Below, piece after piece: positions 1-10,345 of a stretch of DNA of 64,000 bases; positions within the stretch are counted from its first letter, which is position 1; each line of letters starts with the position of its first letter. A model generated the notes under the pieces. It did not search any database. It had not been told where the DNA came from and saw only the letters and a program-made list of their open reading frames with translations. The DNA is from an uncultured delta proteobacterium. Its GTDB lineage: Bacteria; Desulfobacterota; Desulfobacteria; Desulfobacterales; SG8-13. Location of the stretch: assembly GCA_963848135.1 (NCBI GenBank), contig CAWKCK010000005.1:372001-436000 (forward strand), given 5' to 3'. Both the position numbers and the translations under genes were made by a program.

Positions 1-69
1 CCTGGATTTACCCCATTTTAGTGGACACCTCAGAAAGCCCGAGGTATATGGGCAACAGGAGGTGTTCCA

Positions 70-369
70 ATGTCAAAGAAACAAAGAAAGACCTACAGCC
101 GAGAATTCAAGAAGGAAGCTGTGGCGCTGATCACCGAAAAGGGATACAGCATGGCCGAAGCCTCCCGGAATCTGGGTATCGAATACAGCATCCTGCGCCG
201 CTGGAAAAAACAGCTGGCCGATGACCCCCAAAACGCATTTCCCGGCAAGGGACAACTTAAAACTGCCGACCGGGAAATGCGGGAACTCCAGCGTAAATTG
301 GAGCGAGTTACCGAAGAGCGTGATATCTTAAAAAAAGCACTGGCCTACTTTGCGGAGGATCAGAAATGA
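70..369 (+). CDS. IS3 transposase OrfA (HTH)
   Basis: RKTYSREFKKEAV...ERDILKKALAYF typical of OrfA; RBS AGGAGG upstream; A7G slippery run at 330-337. Confidence 0.93.
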   Translation: MSKKQRKTYSREFKKEAVALITEKGYSMAEASRNLGIEYSILRRWKKQLADDPQNAFPGKGQLKTADREMRELQRKLERVTEERDILKKALAYFAEDQK

Positions 370-1229
370 AATTTCGTTTCATCTCTGCCCACCGGGAGAC
401 GTTCAAGGTAGGCCGCATGTGCACGCTGCTCAAAGTCTCCCGCTCTGGTTACTATACCTGGCTGAAGCGTCCAGAGAGCCGTCGAAGTCTTGAGAACCGA
501 GCTCTGGAAGACAAGATCCGCGTCTTTCATGCCGCCAGTCACGGCATCTACGGATCACCCAAGATTCACCGGGATCTTATCGATGATGGCGTGCGATGCG
601 GTAAAAACCGTGTCGCCCGAATCATGCGTGAAGCCGGTATCCGGTCTCGGACCAAAAAGAAATTCAAAGCGACGACCAACTCCCGGCACAACCTGCCGGT
701 AGCGCCAAACCTGCTGAACCAGGATTTCACTGTGGATGCTCCTGACCGTACTTGGGTTAGCGATATTACCTACATCCATACCGAGAAAGGATGGCTATAT
801 CTGGCCGTGCTGCTGGATCTGTTCAACCGCGAGATCGTCGGTTGGGCAACCTCATCTCGGATGACCCGCCAACTGGCGATTGATGCACTGCAGATGGCTC
901 TTGGCCGTCGAACTCCTGCACAGGGCTTGATTCACCACTCGGATCGGGGCAGTCAATACGCTTCCGGCGATTATCAAAAACTCCTTTCCAAGCATGCCAT
1001 TACTTGCAGTATGAGCCGCAAAGGAAACTGTTACGACAATGCTGTTGCGGAAAGCTTTTTTCGTCTGCTCAAAACCGAATGGGTGAACCATCACCGGTAC
1101 CTGAGCAGGTCTCAGGCAACCAACAGCCTTTTTGATTACATAGAAATCTTCTACAACCGAAAAAGGCGTCACTCGGCACTCGGATATGCAACGCCGCAGG
1201 AATACGTAACTTTCTCTCTTGCGGCTTAA
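366..1229 (+). CDS. IS3 transposase OrfB (rve DDE integrase core)
   Basis: WVSDITY, HHSDRGSQY, SRKGNCYDNAVAESFF motifs; ATGA overlap with orfA in the -1 frame. Confidence 0.95.
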   Translation: MKFRFISAHRETFKVGRMCTLLKVSRSGYYTWLKRPESRRSLENRALEDKIRVFHAASHGIYGSPKIHRDLIDDGVRCGKNRVARIMREAGIRSRTKKKFKATTNSRHNLPVAPNLLNQDFTVDAPDRTWVSDITYIHTEKGWLYLAVLLDLFNREIVGWATSSRMTRQLAIDALQMALGRRTPAQGLIHHSDRGSQYASGDYQKLLSKHAITCSMSRKGNCYDNAVAESFFRLLKTEWVNHHRYLSRSQATNSLFDYIEIFYNRKRRHSALGYATPQEYVTFSLAA

Positions 1230-1265
1230 CTCGGTGTCCACTGATTCGGGGGAAATTCACCCATC

Positions 1266-1380
1266 GGGATTGCCGATCTTGCCGTATCTACGGTGTCATA
1301 TGCCGTCCCGCGTAGCTGATCCCGCCGGCGGCGGGACGGAACGACATTTTCCTTGTATCTGCAGCAACCTCGACAATCGC
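1266..1380. repeat. Palindromic MITE/REP-like element
   Basis: Terminal IR GGGATTGCCGA / TCGACAATCGC (9/11); internal CCGTCCCG...CGGGACGG stem; TACGGTGTC and CCTTGTA motifs shared with the other palindromic elements. Confidence 0.5.
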
Positions 1381-1390
1381 TCAAATTAGG

Positions 1391-2170
1391 TTAAACTGAC
1401 TTGTATGTTTCCTCAACAATGTCTTTACCGTATTTCCTTTCAAGACGACGGATTATAAAATGACCACGTGCCATATCCTGAAAATGATCGATGAATAACG
1501 TGTTGACGATAGCCCCTCCCGCTGCGCCAATTGCCGGCACTGCCTGCGCTGCCGCTTTCTCGGATACCTGGAGACTAAATCGCTGTGCAATTTGAGTAAT
1601 TAACCGCACAAGGGCCGGCGCACCCTCTTCAGAGAGGCCTCTTTTTGCAATATATTCTGCCGCTTTCGAAATGGTTTGCGCCAAGGTTGCCCGAACTGCA
1701 AAATACCCGGACTCAGAAGCATCATCACCCATGCTCGGCCCACCCAAAGCAAATACTTCGATGCATGCTATTTGAGACTCGATTTCTTGGATATTTTCAT
1801 CTTCACTTCTCGCAATATCAGCTATAGAGCGCAACATAATTGTTGTTGATATGGGAAGCTCGATTGACAGAGCGGGTAACCCAAATAAGCCCCCGATGCC
1901 ACCTGTTGTTGCCACTGCCAATTTATGCCAGATATTGGATGCTTCTTCCCCTGACGAAGCTTTCATTGTAAGAACTGCAGCCCTGACAGCCTTGGATAAG
2001 GCAGTGCGTGTCAATTCACCGATTTTTAGGTTCCAATTTTCAGGCAATAAAGAAAATCCTTTTTCGATTGGGGTACCCAGAAAATTGGTTATTTTTGATG
2101 CCAGGCCTCGGTTTTCAAGAAGCGCTTTTGCTTTTTTTAGATCATTTAAATCCTGCTCTTGAAGAGTCAT
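1391..2170 (-). CDS. EcsC family protein
   Basis: IELPISTTIMLRSIADIARSE and KAAAQAVPAIGAAGGAIVNTLFIDHFQDMARGHF motifs. Confidence 0.85.
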   Translation of the reverse strand: MTLQEQDLNDLKKAKALLENRGLASKITNFLGTPIEKGFSLLPENWNLKIGELTRTALSKAVRAAVLTMKASSGEEASNIWHKLAVATTGGIGGLFGLPALSIELPISTTIMLRSIADIARSEDENIQEIESQIACIEVFALGGPSMGDDASESGYFAVRATLAQTISKAAEYIAKRGLSEEGAPALVRLITQIAQRFSLQVSEKAAAQAVPAIGAAGGAIVNTLFIDHFQDMARGHFIIRRLERKYGKDIVEETYKSV

Positions 2171-2180
2171 AATATTCCCA

Positions 2181-3425
2181 TTAAGTTAAATCTTCGTGTG
2201 TTTGCTTCAAAATTTTACCAATTTGAATTTTTTGAGGGCAATATTTTTCAGCCATGGAATAGTCGGCATTAAGAATATTTTCCTTAACATCTGTTGGCAG
2301 CTCATCGAATAATCTCAGAGCGATATCTCGATCTCCATAGCTGTGATTGTACATGGAATAGCGCAATATATCACTGATCGGAACGTTAAGATTAACTGCT
2401 GCTTCGCAAATATTGGCACATCCGGCACAGTAGCCGGGGGCTGTTCTTTGAGAATATTGTTCCAAGCGTTGTTTATCACCTTCAGATAAGTGCATTTTAT
2501 TCAATGCAGCGGCAACATTCGCCTGCAGGATGGTCATATTCGGCATCGCCGAACAGATGCTGGCGATATTTTTATTATCCCATACCACTTTAAGTCTCGC
2601 CTGCTCAGCAGTGTAGCCTTTTTTTAATAAATTGTCGGTCATTTTCATGGCAGCATCAGTTTCGGAGCCAATCGAGGCATAAAAGTTAGCTGAGAAAGCG
2701 GCCTGGGTTTTCATGGCAGTCAATCCGATTCCTGCATTAACACAGGCATCAACCGCTCTCTTCATTTTGTCCTTCACCATGAGCCGGTAATTATAACTCA
2801 TCATAATTCCATCGATCCATCCAAGTTCAGCCGCATCAAGCATACAGTCTTCCATATTTTTATGAGAACTAAATCCAATAAAACGAATCTTTCCTTCCGA
2901 TTTGGCTTTCTCAGCCCAGGCTTTGACCTCATTTGTCATTTCGTTTTTGACATCACTGACATAGTGAATGAAATACATATCGACGTACGACGTATTCAAT
3001 CGTTGAAGTGAGGTATTTAATTTCTCGGTTAATTTTTTCGGATCTGAAGTTCTTGCTTTAGTGACCAGAAACACCTTCTCTCGATCGTTTGGGAACTTGG
3101 TAAAGTACTTACCAATGGCTTTTTCATTTTTCCCCCATGAATATGAATCGGCTGTATCCCAGTAAGTTACGCCCAATTTAAAGGCCTGCCTGAATATCAA
3201 CTGGTCATAAATATCCAATACACCGCCCAACGAAAGAATTGAGACCTTTACACCTGTTTTTCCATATGGTCGCGTTGGCACAACCATTTGTTCAGTTTCC
3301 TCCGTAGCAGAGATACCATGTGCCGGTATCACGGAACTTAAAGGTATAAGCGCCGATCCCAAACCGACGGTGCCAGTTGTTTTAATAAAATCCCTCCTTG
3401 AAATATTCCTTTTTTTGCCAGGCAT
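2181..3425 (-). CDS. Aldo/keto reductase with Tat signal and C-terminal Cys cluster
   Basis: SRRDFIK twin-arginine motif; RPYGKTGVKVSILSLG, WDTADSY, GKIRFIGFSSH; CAGCANIC and CPQ Fe-S-like cysteines. Confidence 0.88.
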   Translation of the reverse strand: MPGKKRNISRRDFIKTTGTVGLGSALIPLSSVIPAHGISATEETEQMVVPTRPYGKTGVKVSILSLGGVLDIYDQLIFRQAFKLGVTYWDTADSYSWGKNEKAIGKYFTKFPNDREKVFLVTKARTSDPKKLTEKLNTSLQRLNTSYVDMYFIHYVSDVKNEMTNEVKAWAEKAKSEGKIRFIGFSSHKNMEDCMLDAAELGWIDGIMMSYNYRLMVKDKMKRAVDACVNAGIGLTAMKTQAAFSANFYASIGSETDAAMKMTDNLLKKGYTAEQARLKVVWDNKNIASICSAMPNMTILQANVAAALNKMHLSEGDKQRLEQYSQRTAPGYCAGCANICEAAVNLNVPISDILRYSMYNHSYGDRDIALRLFDELPTDVKENILNADYSMAEKYCPQKIQIGKILKQTHEDLT

Positions 3426-3629
3426 GTTTTACGTCTCCTTTCTAAGCCGAACATTTCATGAAATCATTTCACTGAGCGGTCAAAAAGAACCCATATCGGG
3501 GCACACTTGGTCCCTTGCCAAGATCTAATGAAAGATCGGGATTGATTGCTCCCTGAATCTTGCATGAAAATTAAGCGAGAATTTATTGACCCGCCTTGAA
3601 AAAATTCTTTGAGACTCCCGCACTGCTTG

Positions 3630-3911
3630 TTAATATCCGCGCAGAATGTTGCCGCCTTCACTGCCAAACATTGAGAGGGCAAAGGCCAACATCAAACCTA
3701 TAGCAGCAATAGTTCTATATTTAGAACCGATCATTTCAACAATACCCCAAATACCAGCAAAACTAACAATTAATATCAACCATGTGTTTTTAGGAAACAT
3801 CCCCATCTTATCTAAAATCACGGAGCAAATAAATATTATTATTCCGACGTGATGGAGAATGGCATTAGTAAAACTCTTGTATCGACGAGAATCATTATCT
3901 CTATCATCCAT
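3630..3911 (-). CDS. Small hypothetical membrane protein
   Basis: 93-aa ORF with three hydrophobic segments. Confidence 0.45.
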   Translation of the reverse strand: MDDRDNDSRRYKSFTNAILHHVGIIIFICSVILDKMGMFPKNTWLILIVSFAGIWGIVEMIGSKYRTIAAIGLMLAFALSMFGSEGGNILRGY

Positions 3912-4064
3912 GACCTTAGCTCCAATGAACGTTCATTCTTATAGGAGGAATTTGCCTCTACGGGCTGTCGGCACAGTTTATTAAGCGCCTATTTGACTGA
4001 TAGGGGCTGCAAGGGGAGTATGGGACATTTAGTAACCCCAGGCTTTAAGTGATAGGCGTTAAGC

Positions 4065-5225
4065 TCATGCGGACGGACGACTATTGCGCTCACCAGTACC
4101 TGCACTTAATGGAATGATCAAAAGCAACATGCAAATATAGATCAGCGCACTCCAGCCGCCTTGTTTGTATGCAAATCCTGAACCTGTGATTCCCAACCAG
4201 CCCCCCAGGTAGTAAAACAGCACGTAAATAGCATTTGCACGTCCCTGCCCGCTCGAAAGCTTGCGGTTGAGAGATCCAACCGCAGCAGCGTGGACAGTGA
4301 AAAATCCGGCGCAAACACCGAGAAGCCCCAATATGACAGCCGTTAAAGAAGGTAACAGGATAAGGGCCAAAGCCCCTCCCAAAACGAAACTCCCGATAAG
4401 CAGGGTGTTTCCAGTGCCGAAGCGGTTGCTGATTCGACCGGCTATCGGCCCTATGAAGATACCAACGACATAAACAAGGTAAAGCGAGGTCGTCATTTCT
4501 GTGGAAAATCCAAAAGGCTCTGCACCGAGCCGGTATGGCAAATAATTGAAAACCGATGAGAAAATTGCGAAACTGCCTGCAGCGCAGAGATATATCCGCC
4601 ATAAGTCCCAGCTCTTCAATAACTCCCAGAAACCGATGGCCTTGTAAAGCCGGCCGGTTTCTCTCGATGGCCCTGACAAGCCGCGCACGGCAACGAATGT
4701 CGCCAATAGGGTGAGTGTTGATGCAGATACGAAAGCATAGCGCCAATGCAATGGCGAATGAATCCATCCGCCGATCAAGCGACCGCACAACCCCCCGAGC
4801 ACTGTAGCCGATACATAAGAACCCATCACGACATTTAGCCTTGCGACCGGAAGTGTTTTTGCCAGATAAGCCGCAATACAGGTTGTCAGGGGCGGAATGA
4901 AAACGCCCTGAAGGAAACGGGCGCCAATTAAAACCCAAAGGTCATTTGTCACCGCGCAAACCAGACCTCCGGCGGCCACCAAAACTCCACCGGTCAAAAT
5001 GATCGAATGAATAGGCAATCTATCGGCCAAATAACCGAAAGGCAGATTGGATAGGGCGATTCCGAAAATGACGGCAGACACGCTGAAAGACACCAGCACC
5101 ATATCAGCCGAAAACTCGCTCTGCAGAACCGGCAATAGCGGCTGAGTGACGTAGATGTTGGTAAACGCTGCGGATACCAACGCAAAGACGATAAATTGCA
5201 GGCGAACGTACGAATAGTCTGCCAT
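4065..5225 (-). CDS. MFS transporter (YnfM-like)
   Basis: IYVTQPLLP, GYLADR, RFLQGVF, YVLFYYLGG motifs; about 12 TM segments. Confidence 0.88.
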   Translation of the reverse strand: MADYSYVRLQFIVFALVSAAFTNIYVTQPLLPVLQSEFSADMVLVSFSVSAVIFGIALSNLPFGYLADRLPIHSIILTGGVLVAAGGLVCAVTNDLWVLIGARFLQGVFIPPLTTCIAAYLAKTLPVARLNVVMGSYVSATVLGGLCGRLIGGWIHSPLHWRYAFVSASTLTLLATFVAVRGLSGPSRETGRLYKAIGFWELLKSWDLWRIYLCAAGSFAIFSSVFNYLPYRLGAEPFGFSTEMTTSLYLVYVVGIFIGPIAGRISNRFGTGNTLLIGSFVLGGALALILLPSLTAVILGLLGVCAGFFTVHAAAVGSLNRKLSSGQGRANAIYVLFYYLGGWLGITGSGFAYKQGGWSALIYICMLLLIIPLSAGTGERNSRPSA

Positions 5226-5341
5226 GTGTTCACATTCTGGTTAAGAAATTTTTTCAGTGTTTCACAAAAGGTGAGATTAGCAAGAATTGATCACAAAAGA
5301 GAATGTCAATGGTCTTCATAACGATAGCAAAAGTCAATTTC

Positions 5342-5369
5342 TTGACAACATCTGCGATGTTATTAGGTT
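5342..5369 (+). promoter_or_regulatory. Candidate sigma-70 promoter with palindromic operator in the spacer
   Basis: TTGACA at 5342, TAGGTT 16 nt later; AACATC-N3-GATGTT inverted repeat overlaps the spacer; lies between divergent genes. Confidence 0.35.
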
Positions 5370-5525
5370 AATTGAGTGTATCCTCTTATTATCAAACGAG
5401 AATACCTGGCATTAGCACATTCAGCTTCCAGATAGCGTGTATTCATCTTTTGAAATAACCGCGTATTGAGCCGGTCCATCCCTGAGGGGCCGTGGCGAAA
5501 CAATTCAGAAGCAGGAAAGGATTAA

Positions 5526-6764
5526 ATGATGAGTTTAGCACATAGACTTTCGCTAACAACATATTTCTTAATTTTGATGGGCTTTATAGGTTATGTTCAA
5601 GCGGAAGAAGCGCGAAACACCGCTGAGCAACAGGAATTGAATCAGGCCATGGAGATGATGAAGAAGTCAGGCATGGACCCGGAACAGCTGCAGCAAATGG
5701 AAAATATTTTCAAAAACATATCAGATAGTGAGGCCCAGAAAAAATCCTCTAAATTGAATGCGGAGAAACAGGCGTTTGAAGCGGCAACTGCCGGTTACGG
5801 CACCGCCCAGGTTGAGGTGGAGGGCAAGCAGTATGATCTCAAGTTGCAAAAATGTGAAGTCAAAGACCGCGGCGCGGGCATTTTCAGCATTCAAGGGCGT
5901 CAGGCACCGGGTGCGGATGAAGGCGAATTACGTATTCAGAGCGACGGTACGAAACTTCAAAGTTATGTTCAATTTTCTACCAAATCGATGACGTTCGATA
6001 CCTACGAAATAGAAAATCCTGCCTTTACGTTCGACGGCAAAACACTGAGTTGGAAAGGTGTCGTCGCCGCATCCAATAGGGCAAAGGTGCCACTGGCATT
6101 GAATCTCAGTTGCGGAGCGGAAGCCGTTTATTACGACAAGCCATCCAAGCCGCGTAAAAAAACGCCTGTGAATGTCTTGACCTTATACCTGGGTGACGAA
6201 ACCCATTTTTTCGAGGCCGAACATTGCACGACCGAGGCGTATCGCACGGGTAACTTGATGGTTGATTTCGAAACCACTGCAACAGGAACCTTCCGTGGCC
6301 GCCCGGCGATAGTACTGCTTACCAAAAGTCATGGTGTGGGACTTGAAGGGGGATCTGCAGGTTATTTTCACGAACTTGACCTACTGCTGGGCGAACTGTC
6401 GGCCGAACAACGCAGGCTCTCGCCATTCAAAGTCCAAAAGCAGCTGAATGTCGTCTTGGAAACTTATCGCCAGAAAGAACACGTGGCGCACCAGGAAAAA
6501 TACAGTAAGAAGATGTATGATAGCTTGCCCCCGGAAAAATTGGTCGAGACAATGAATACATCACAGGAGGAATACTCACGGATTATGGCAAAAGCGGAAG
6601 CGATGCGCTATCCAGAGGCCGAAAGTCAGGGCGGCATGATAACCATCAATGGCCAGGATGTCTTTTTCCGTGGACCAGCTATGTCCACCAACGATGCCAA
6701 TCGCGCACCTGAGTTTCAAGATCTTTCGTCAATACCGGAAATTTGGGTTACCTGTGGTGGATAG
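5526..6764 (+). CDS. Hypothetical secreted protein
   Basis: 412-aa ORF; signal peptide ending VQA; RBS GGAAAGG; no recognisable family. Confidence 0.75.
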   Translation: MMSLAHRLSLTTYFLILMGFIGYVQAEEARNTAEQQELNQAMEMMKKSGMDPEQLQQMENIFKNISDSEAQKKSSKLNAEKQAFEAATAGYGTAQVEVEGKQYDLKLQKCEVKDRGAGIFSIQGRQAPGADEGELRIQSDGTKLQSYVQFSTKSMTFDTYEIENPAFTFDGKTLSWKGVVAASNRAKVPLALNLSCGAEAVYYDKPSKPRKKTPVNVLTLYLGDETHFFEAEHCTTEAYRTGNLMVDFETTATGTFRGRPAIVLLTKSHGVGLEGGSAGYFHELDLLLGELSAEQRRLSPFKVQKQLNVVLETYRQKEHVAHQEKYSKKMYDSLPPEKLVETMNTSQEEYSRIMAKAEAMRYPEAESQGGMITINGQDVFFRGPAMSTNDANRAPEFQDLSSIPEIWVTCGG

Positions 6765-6876
6765 GCAGTAAGAGGTGTTCGGCGCAACACTTGTGTAGAT
6801 TGTTGTGAGCTTGCATCCTGTGCGCCTTAAAAGGAGTTTCGTTAAGCTGATCGATTTTTAGTCTTGATGATCACGC

Positions 6877-7054
6877 TTACCAGAAGTCTTCCCCATTTCG
6901 AATAAGAGGATTTTACCGAAACTTGAGAGGCAATAGCAACTGCCCGCAGGTATCGATGCGCGACGCCTAATAATTTTCGACCTTGAAAGACAGGGCCTCG
7001 AAAATTTCGACCATTTGATCGATGTCGTCAAAGTCCTCCGGTAGGCTCGCTTCT
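6877..7054 (-). pseudogene. dinB: Internally deleted duplicate of the dinB 3' end
   Basis: 6877-6968 aligns to 10346-10437 (about 83/92 nt); ~6975-7054 aligns to ~10651-10730. Confidence 0.85.
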
Positions 7055-7070
7055 AAATCATATAAAAATA

Positions 7071-8039
7071 CTATGTTTCTTGATAACCCTCGAACGGATC
7101 CTTGAGATTTCCATCCCATTCTGTCACTGCATTTTGTTTTCGCAAGTTCACATTGAGTTGGAACACGTCAGGTCGGGCGTAGTGGCCGGGTGTATCGAGA
7201 TCGTATTTGCCTTCAGGAATCTTGTCGAGGTCCAGATCCGCGCGCAGGATGGTCGGGCCTTCGAAGTTAGGTCCAGCTAAGACCTCCCCTAAGGGGCCTA
7301 CGATGCAACTTCCTCCGCGCATAAGAACGGTATCAGGGTCATTACCCTGAATAGCATTGAACTCTTCGGGGCAATCTTTTCGCAACAGGTATTGGCAACC
7401 ACTCAGCACGAAGCAACGCCCTTCCAGTGCAATATGCTGCATGGAGGGAAGCCAGGTATCTCGGTCATCGGCAGTAGGTGCGCAATAAAGTTGTACCCCT
7501 TGAGAGTACATGTACATCCGCAATAACGGCATGTAATTTTCCCAACAAATAACTGCACCTACGCGTCCTAAAGGGGTATCGATAACCGGCATGGTAGAGC
7601 CATCTCCAAAACCCCACACCAACCTCTCCATAGCCGTCGGCATAAGTTTACGATGCTTACCTAAAAGTTCTCCTTGTGGTGAAAAGAAGCAAATCGTACA
7701 ATACAGTGTTCCCAATTCCCGTTCGATGACTCCGATTACAAGATGTACGTTGTTTTCCTTTGCCGCTGCACCTATGGTGGCAGTTGCCGATCCAGGCACC
7801 TCTATGGCACTTTCGAAATATCTGCGAAAATCCTCACGTCCTCCGGGAAGACGCATTCCTATACGAGCACCAAAATCCAGCCCCTTGGGGTAAGCAGAAA
7901 CGAACGCCTCAGGGAACACAACTATTTGGGCATCTAATTTCGCAGCCTCTTTGACTAAATCTTGGACTTTGGAAAGGGTGGCTTTTCGATCGAAAACAAC
8001 AGGATAATCCTGCACGACAGCAGCACGCACTATACTCAA
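7071..8039 (-). CDS. Nitrilase (carbon-nitrogen hydrolase)
   Basis: E-K-C triad: VFPEAF, KHRKLMPT, ICWENYMP; C-terminal GHYARPDVF; RBS AGGAGG before TTG start. Confidence 0.92.
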   Translation of the reverse strand: MSIVRAAVVQDYPVVFDRKATLSKVQDLVKEAAKLDAQIVVFPEAFVSAYPKGLDFGARIGMRLPGGREDFRRYFESAIEVPGSATATIGAAAKENNVHLVIGVIERELGTLYCTICFFSPQGELLGKHRKLMPTAMERLVWGFGDGSTMPVIDTPLGRVGAVICWENYMPLLRMYMYSQGVQLYCAPTADDRDTWLPSMQHIALEGRCFVLSGCQYLLRKDCPEEFNAIQGNDPDTVLMRGGSCIVGPLGEVLAGPNFEGPTILRADLDLDKIPEGKYDLDTPGHYARPDVFQLNVNLRKQNAVTEWDGNLKDPFEGYQET

Positions 8040-8087
8040 TCTAAGACCTCCTATTTTTAATGATCAGCAGTGTTGAACTTTATTTAT

Positions 8088-8201
8088 TCAATGGTCAAGC
8101 TTTTCCATCAATTCATTCAAAATCGGCATTAAATGAAGTCTAAAACCCTCGGGATTCTCTGTCATCGGGAAATGGCCAAGCTTTGGCATGATCACCACGC
8201 G
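8088..8201 (-). pseudogene. C-terminal remnant of an alpha/beta hydrolase
   Basis: Manual translation RVVIMPKLGHFPMTENPEGFRLHLMPILNELMEKLDH* with the catalytic-His GHFPM.E.P motif; stop codon just upstream in frame. Confidence 0.6.
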
Positions 8202-8456
8202 GACATGCGTAGCGTCTATGATTTAATGAATTTCTTCAACTGGTGAACAAATTCCTCAGTTTCTGCTGTCTTCTTTCCATGCTGGACAGGTTTGAGGCCG
8301 GAAGTAAAAGAAAGCAGACATCAGGCATTCGGCCACTGGCTGCATACAATACCTTCTCAATCTTCAGTATATTGTATGTAAACACAAATCTCCGAGCATG
8401 TCTGCCGATTACAAGATCTTGGGGTGCACCGAAAAAACCATGGCCTTCTTCTGGCA

Positions 8457-9860
8457 CTAATCTCCACATGCGAAAAAGGTTACAAAACTGCCCACCTTTG
8501 AAATACCGGCATAGCCGATGTTGGTGTTCAGCATATTCTGGTTGTGCCCGGCAGAATTTCTCCAGCCTTCAAACTGGGCTTCGGGAGTAGGGTAATTCCA
8601 GCCTACGTTCTCCACACAATAGCTATATCCTGCTCTATCGGCACGGTCATAAAATCCATCATGGTTCATACTGTTGTTGGCATGCATGTATTCACTATGC
8701 TCTGCTGCTAGCGAATTTAAAAGGGCATCGAAGCTGAGAGGGGACAGTGCGTTCGAAGTTCGATACGCGCTGATCAGCACCAGCAGTTGTGTTTCGTATG
8801 CGCCGTTGCCCGGAAAGCAAGTCAGATCTTCTCCGTTGCAATCCTGATCGATACTGTCACCGCAAATATCGATAGCGACTGGGTTAATGGCAGCATTATG
8901 GTCGTTGCAATCGCCCTGGCTCTCGGTATAGCCATCGCCGTCTATATCTGGGTCTAGCGGATCGCACACCTGATCGCTGCCGCTGCAATCCTGATCGATA
9001 CCGTCGCCGCAAATATCGATGACGCCTGGGTTAATGGCAGCGTTATAGTCGTTGCAATCGCCCTGGCTCTCGGTATAGCCGTCGCCATCTGTATCTGGGT
9101 CTAGCGGATCGCACACCTGATCGCTGCCGCTGCAATCCTGATCGATACCGTCGCCGCAAATATCGATGACGCCTGGGTTAATGGCAACGTCTTGGTCGTT
9201 GCAGTCGCCCTGGCTCTCGGTATAGCCGTCGCCGTCTATATCTGGGTTATTTAGGGTCGCGCGCAAATGATTCTGAGCCACGGCCGCAGAAATGAGTTGG
9301 CGAGGCGTATCGGCTGTAAAAAGGTTCAGCGCATTCAAGGTGTCAAACAGGCCCACAATGGCCGGGTGGTTTTCAAATTGGCTGATACTCAAATTAAAGT
9401 CAATCGCCCGGCCATCCACCTCGGCCCGGATTTGCGCCGTGATCTGAATACCGTTTTGCAAGTTTCCATCCTGATCAAGAGATTGCAGCAAACGGCAAAT
9501 ATTGGTCACGGTTGTATCAGTCTCGTCAGCGGCCCCTGGTACCAGATCAATGGGGGTCAGCATGTCTTTTCCCGCCGCTTGCCCCAAGATCACATCGCCG
9601 ATAGAAAAGGTAATCATTTCGCCTTCGCGATAATTAAATCTACCACTAAGACCCGTCAGTCCGAACTCAGAACCTGTTTCATAGTCCATACCTTCAACCG
9701 GACTGTCCACAAAAACCCCATTGGGGAGTACGGGTCCACCAGCTCCGGCACCCCCGCCGCCGCCGCCGCCGCATCCAACCATAACAAGCGTCAGGGAGCA
9801 CATCATCGTCAGCAGACCCAACGCATAATGACGTCCAAATCCTTTTATAACCAATATCAT
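8457..9860 (-). CDS. Lipoprotein with three MopE-type metal-binding repeats and a C-terminal CAP domain
   Basis: Lipobox MVGC then poly-Gly; DxDGDGY..GDCND....INPG..DICGDGIDQDC three times; CAP motifs AAEHSEYM, ENVGW, WRNSAGHNQNML. Confidence 0.88.
   Translation of the reverse strand: MILVIKGFGRHYALGLLTMMCSLTLVMVGCGGGGGGGAGAGGPVLPNGVFVDSPVEGMDYETGSEFGLTGLSGRFNYREGEMITFSIGDVILGQAAGKDMLTPIDLVPGAADETDTTVTNICRLLQSLDQDGNLQNGIQITAQIRAEVDGRAIDFNLSISQFENHPAIVGLFDTLNALNLFTADTPRQLISAAVAQNHLRATLNNPDIDGDGYTESQGDCNDQDVAINPGVIDICGDGIDQDCSGSDQVCDPLDPDTDGDGYTESQGDCNDYNAAINPGVIDICGDGIDQDCSGSDQVCDPLDPDIDGDGYTESQGDCNDHNAAINPVAIDICGDSIDQDCNGEDLTCFPGNGAYETQLLVLISAYRTSNALSPLSFDALLNSLAAEHSEYMHANNSMNHDGFYDRADRAGYSYCVENVGWNYPTPEAQFEGWRNSAGHNQNMLNTNIGYAGISKVGSFVTFFACGD
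8836..9246 (-). repeat. Coding tandem repeat, 147-bp period, about 2.8 copies
   Basis: TCTGGGT anchor recurs at 8947, 9094 and 9241; near-identical units encode 49 aa. Confidence 0.92.
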
Positions 9861-9936
9861 ACACCAAAATCCTTGTTCAAATTATGGATCCAAAACACCG
9901 TAACAATCCCTTTGACAATTATCCTCAAGAGAGTTT

Positions 9937-9952
9937 AGCAAATAACATTCCA
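9937..9952 (-). promoter_or_regulatory. Sigma-54 (-24/-12) promoter of the CAP lipoprotein gene
   Basis: Minus strand TGGAAT-GTTAT-TTGCT matches TGGCAC-N5-TTGCW; IHF-like TTTCAATCGGTTA at 10089-10101 upstream. Confidence 0.6.
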
Positions 9953-10345
9953 AATAAACATAAAACACTATAACCGATTATTATTACTATTGTTTTAAGC
10001 CTAAAAGCCCTTCGCCTAAAGACAAATTGAAGGTATTATCACACAATCCTACTGCGCGCTTTGCGCCTTTTATTAGAAAGAAGATTATTTTCAATCGGTT
10101 ACATTTGTAGGATTATTCATTCAATGGGGCTCTATTTGCGAATAGTAAAACGTCAACATGAAACGAAGGTGTGTTGCAGCGATATGGAGAAGAAGGGCTG
10201 AGGGATATGTTCATGGGGTCGCACCAAGGACCGGAGTTTTACATCCAGTATAACGGTGGTCATTATTATCAACGTGATCAAGGGTTATTCGACCCCTGCG
10301 GCAGGATGCTCGCAAGCGTTAGGGATGCAATTTGAGAGGAGGAGT

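Larger units (their letters stand above)
3..1259 (+). mobile_element. Complete IS3-family insertion sequence
   Basis: TG...CA ends; imperfect 27-bp terminal IRs (TGGATTTACCCCATTTTAGTGGACACC at 3-29 vs reverse complement of 1233-1259, 21/27 identical); orfA/orfB layout; flanks CC| and |CCC are compatible with a target duplication cut by the window edge. Confidence 0.95.

Noticed and set aside
8836..9246. Regular repeats as a possible CRISPR array
   Set aside because: 147-bp in-frame coding units with no unique spacers and no cas genes
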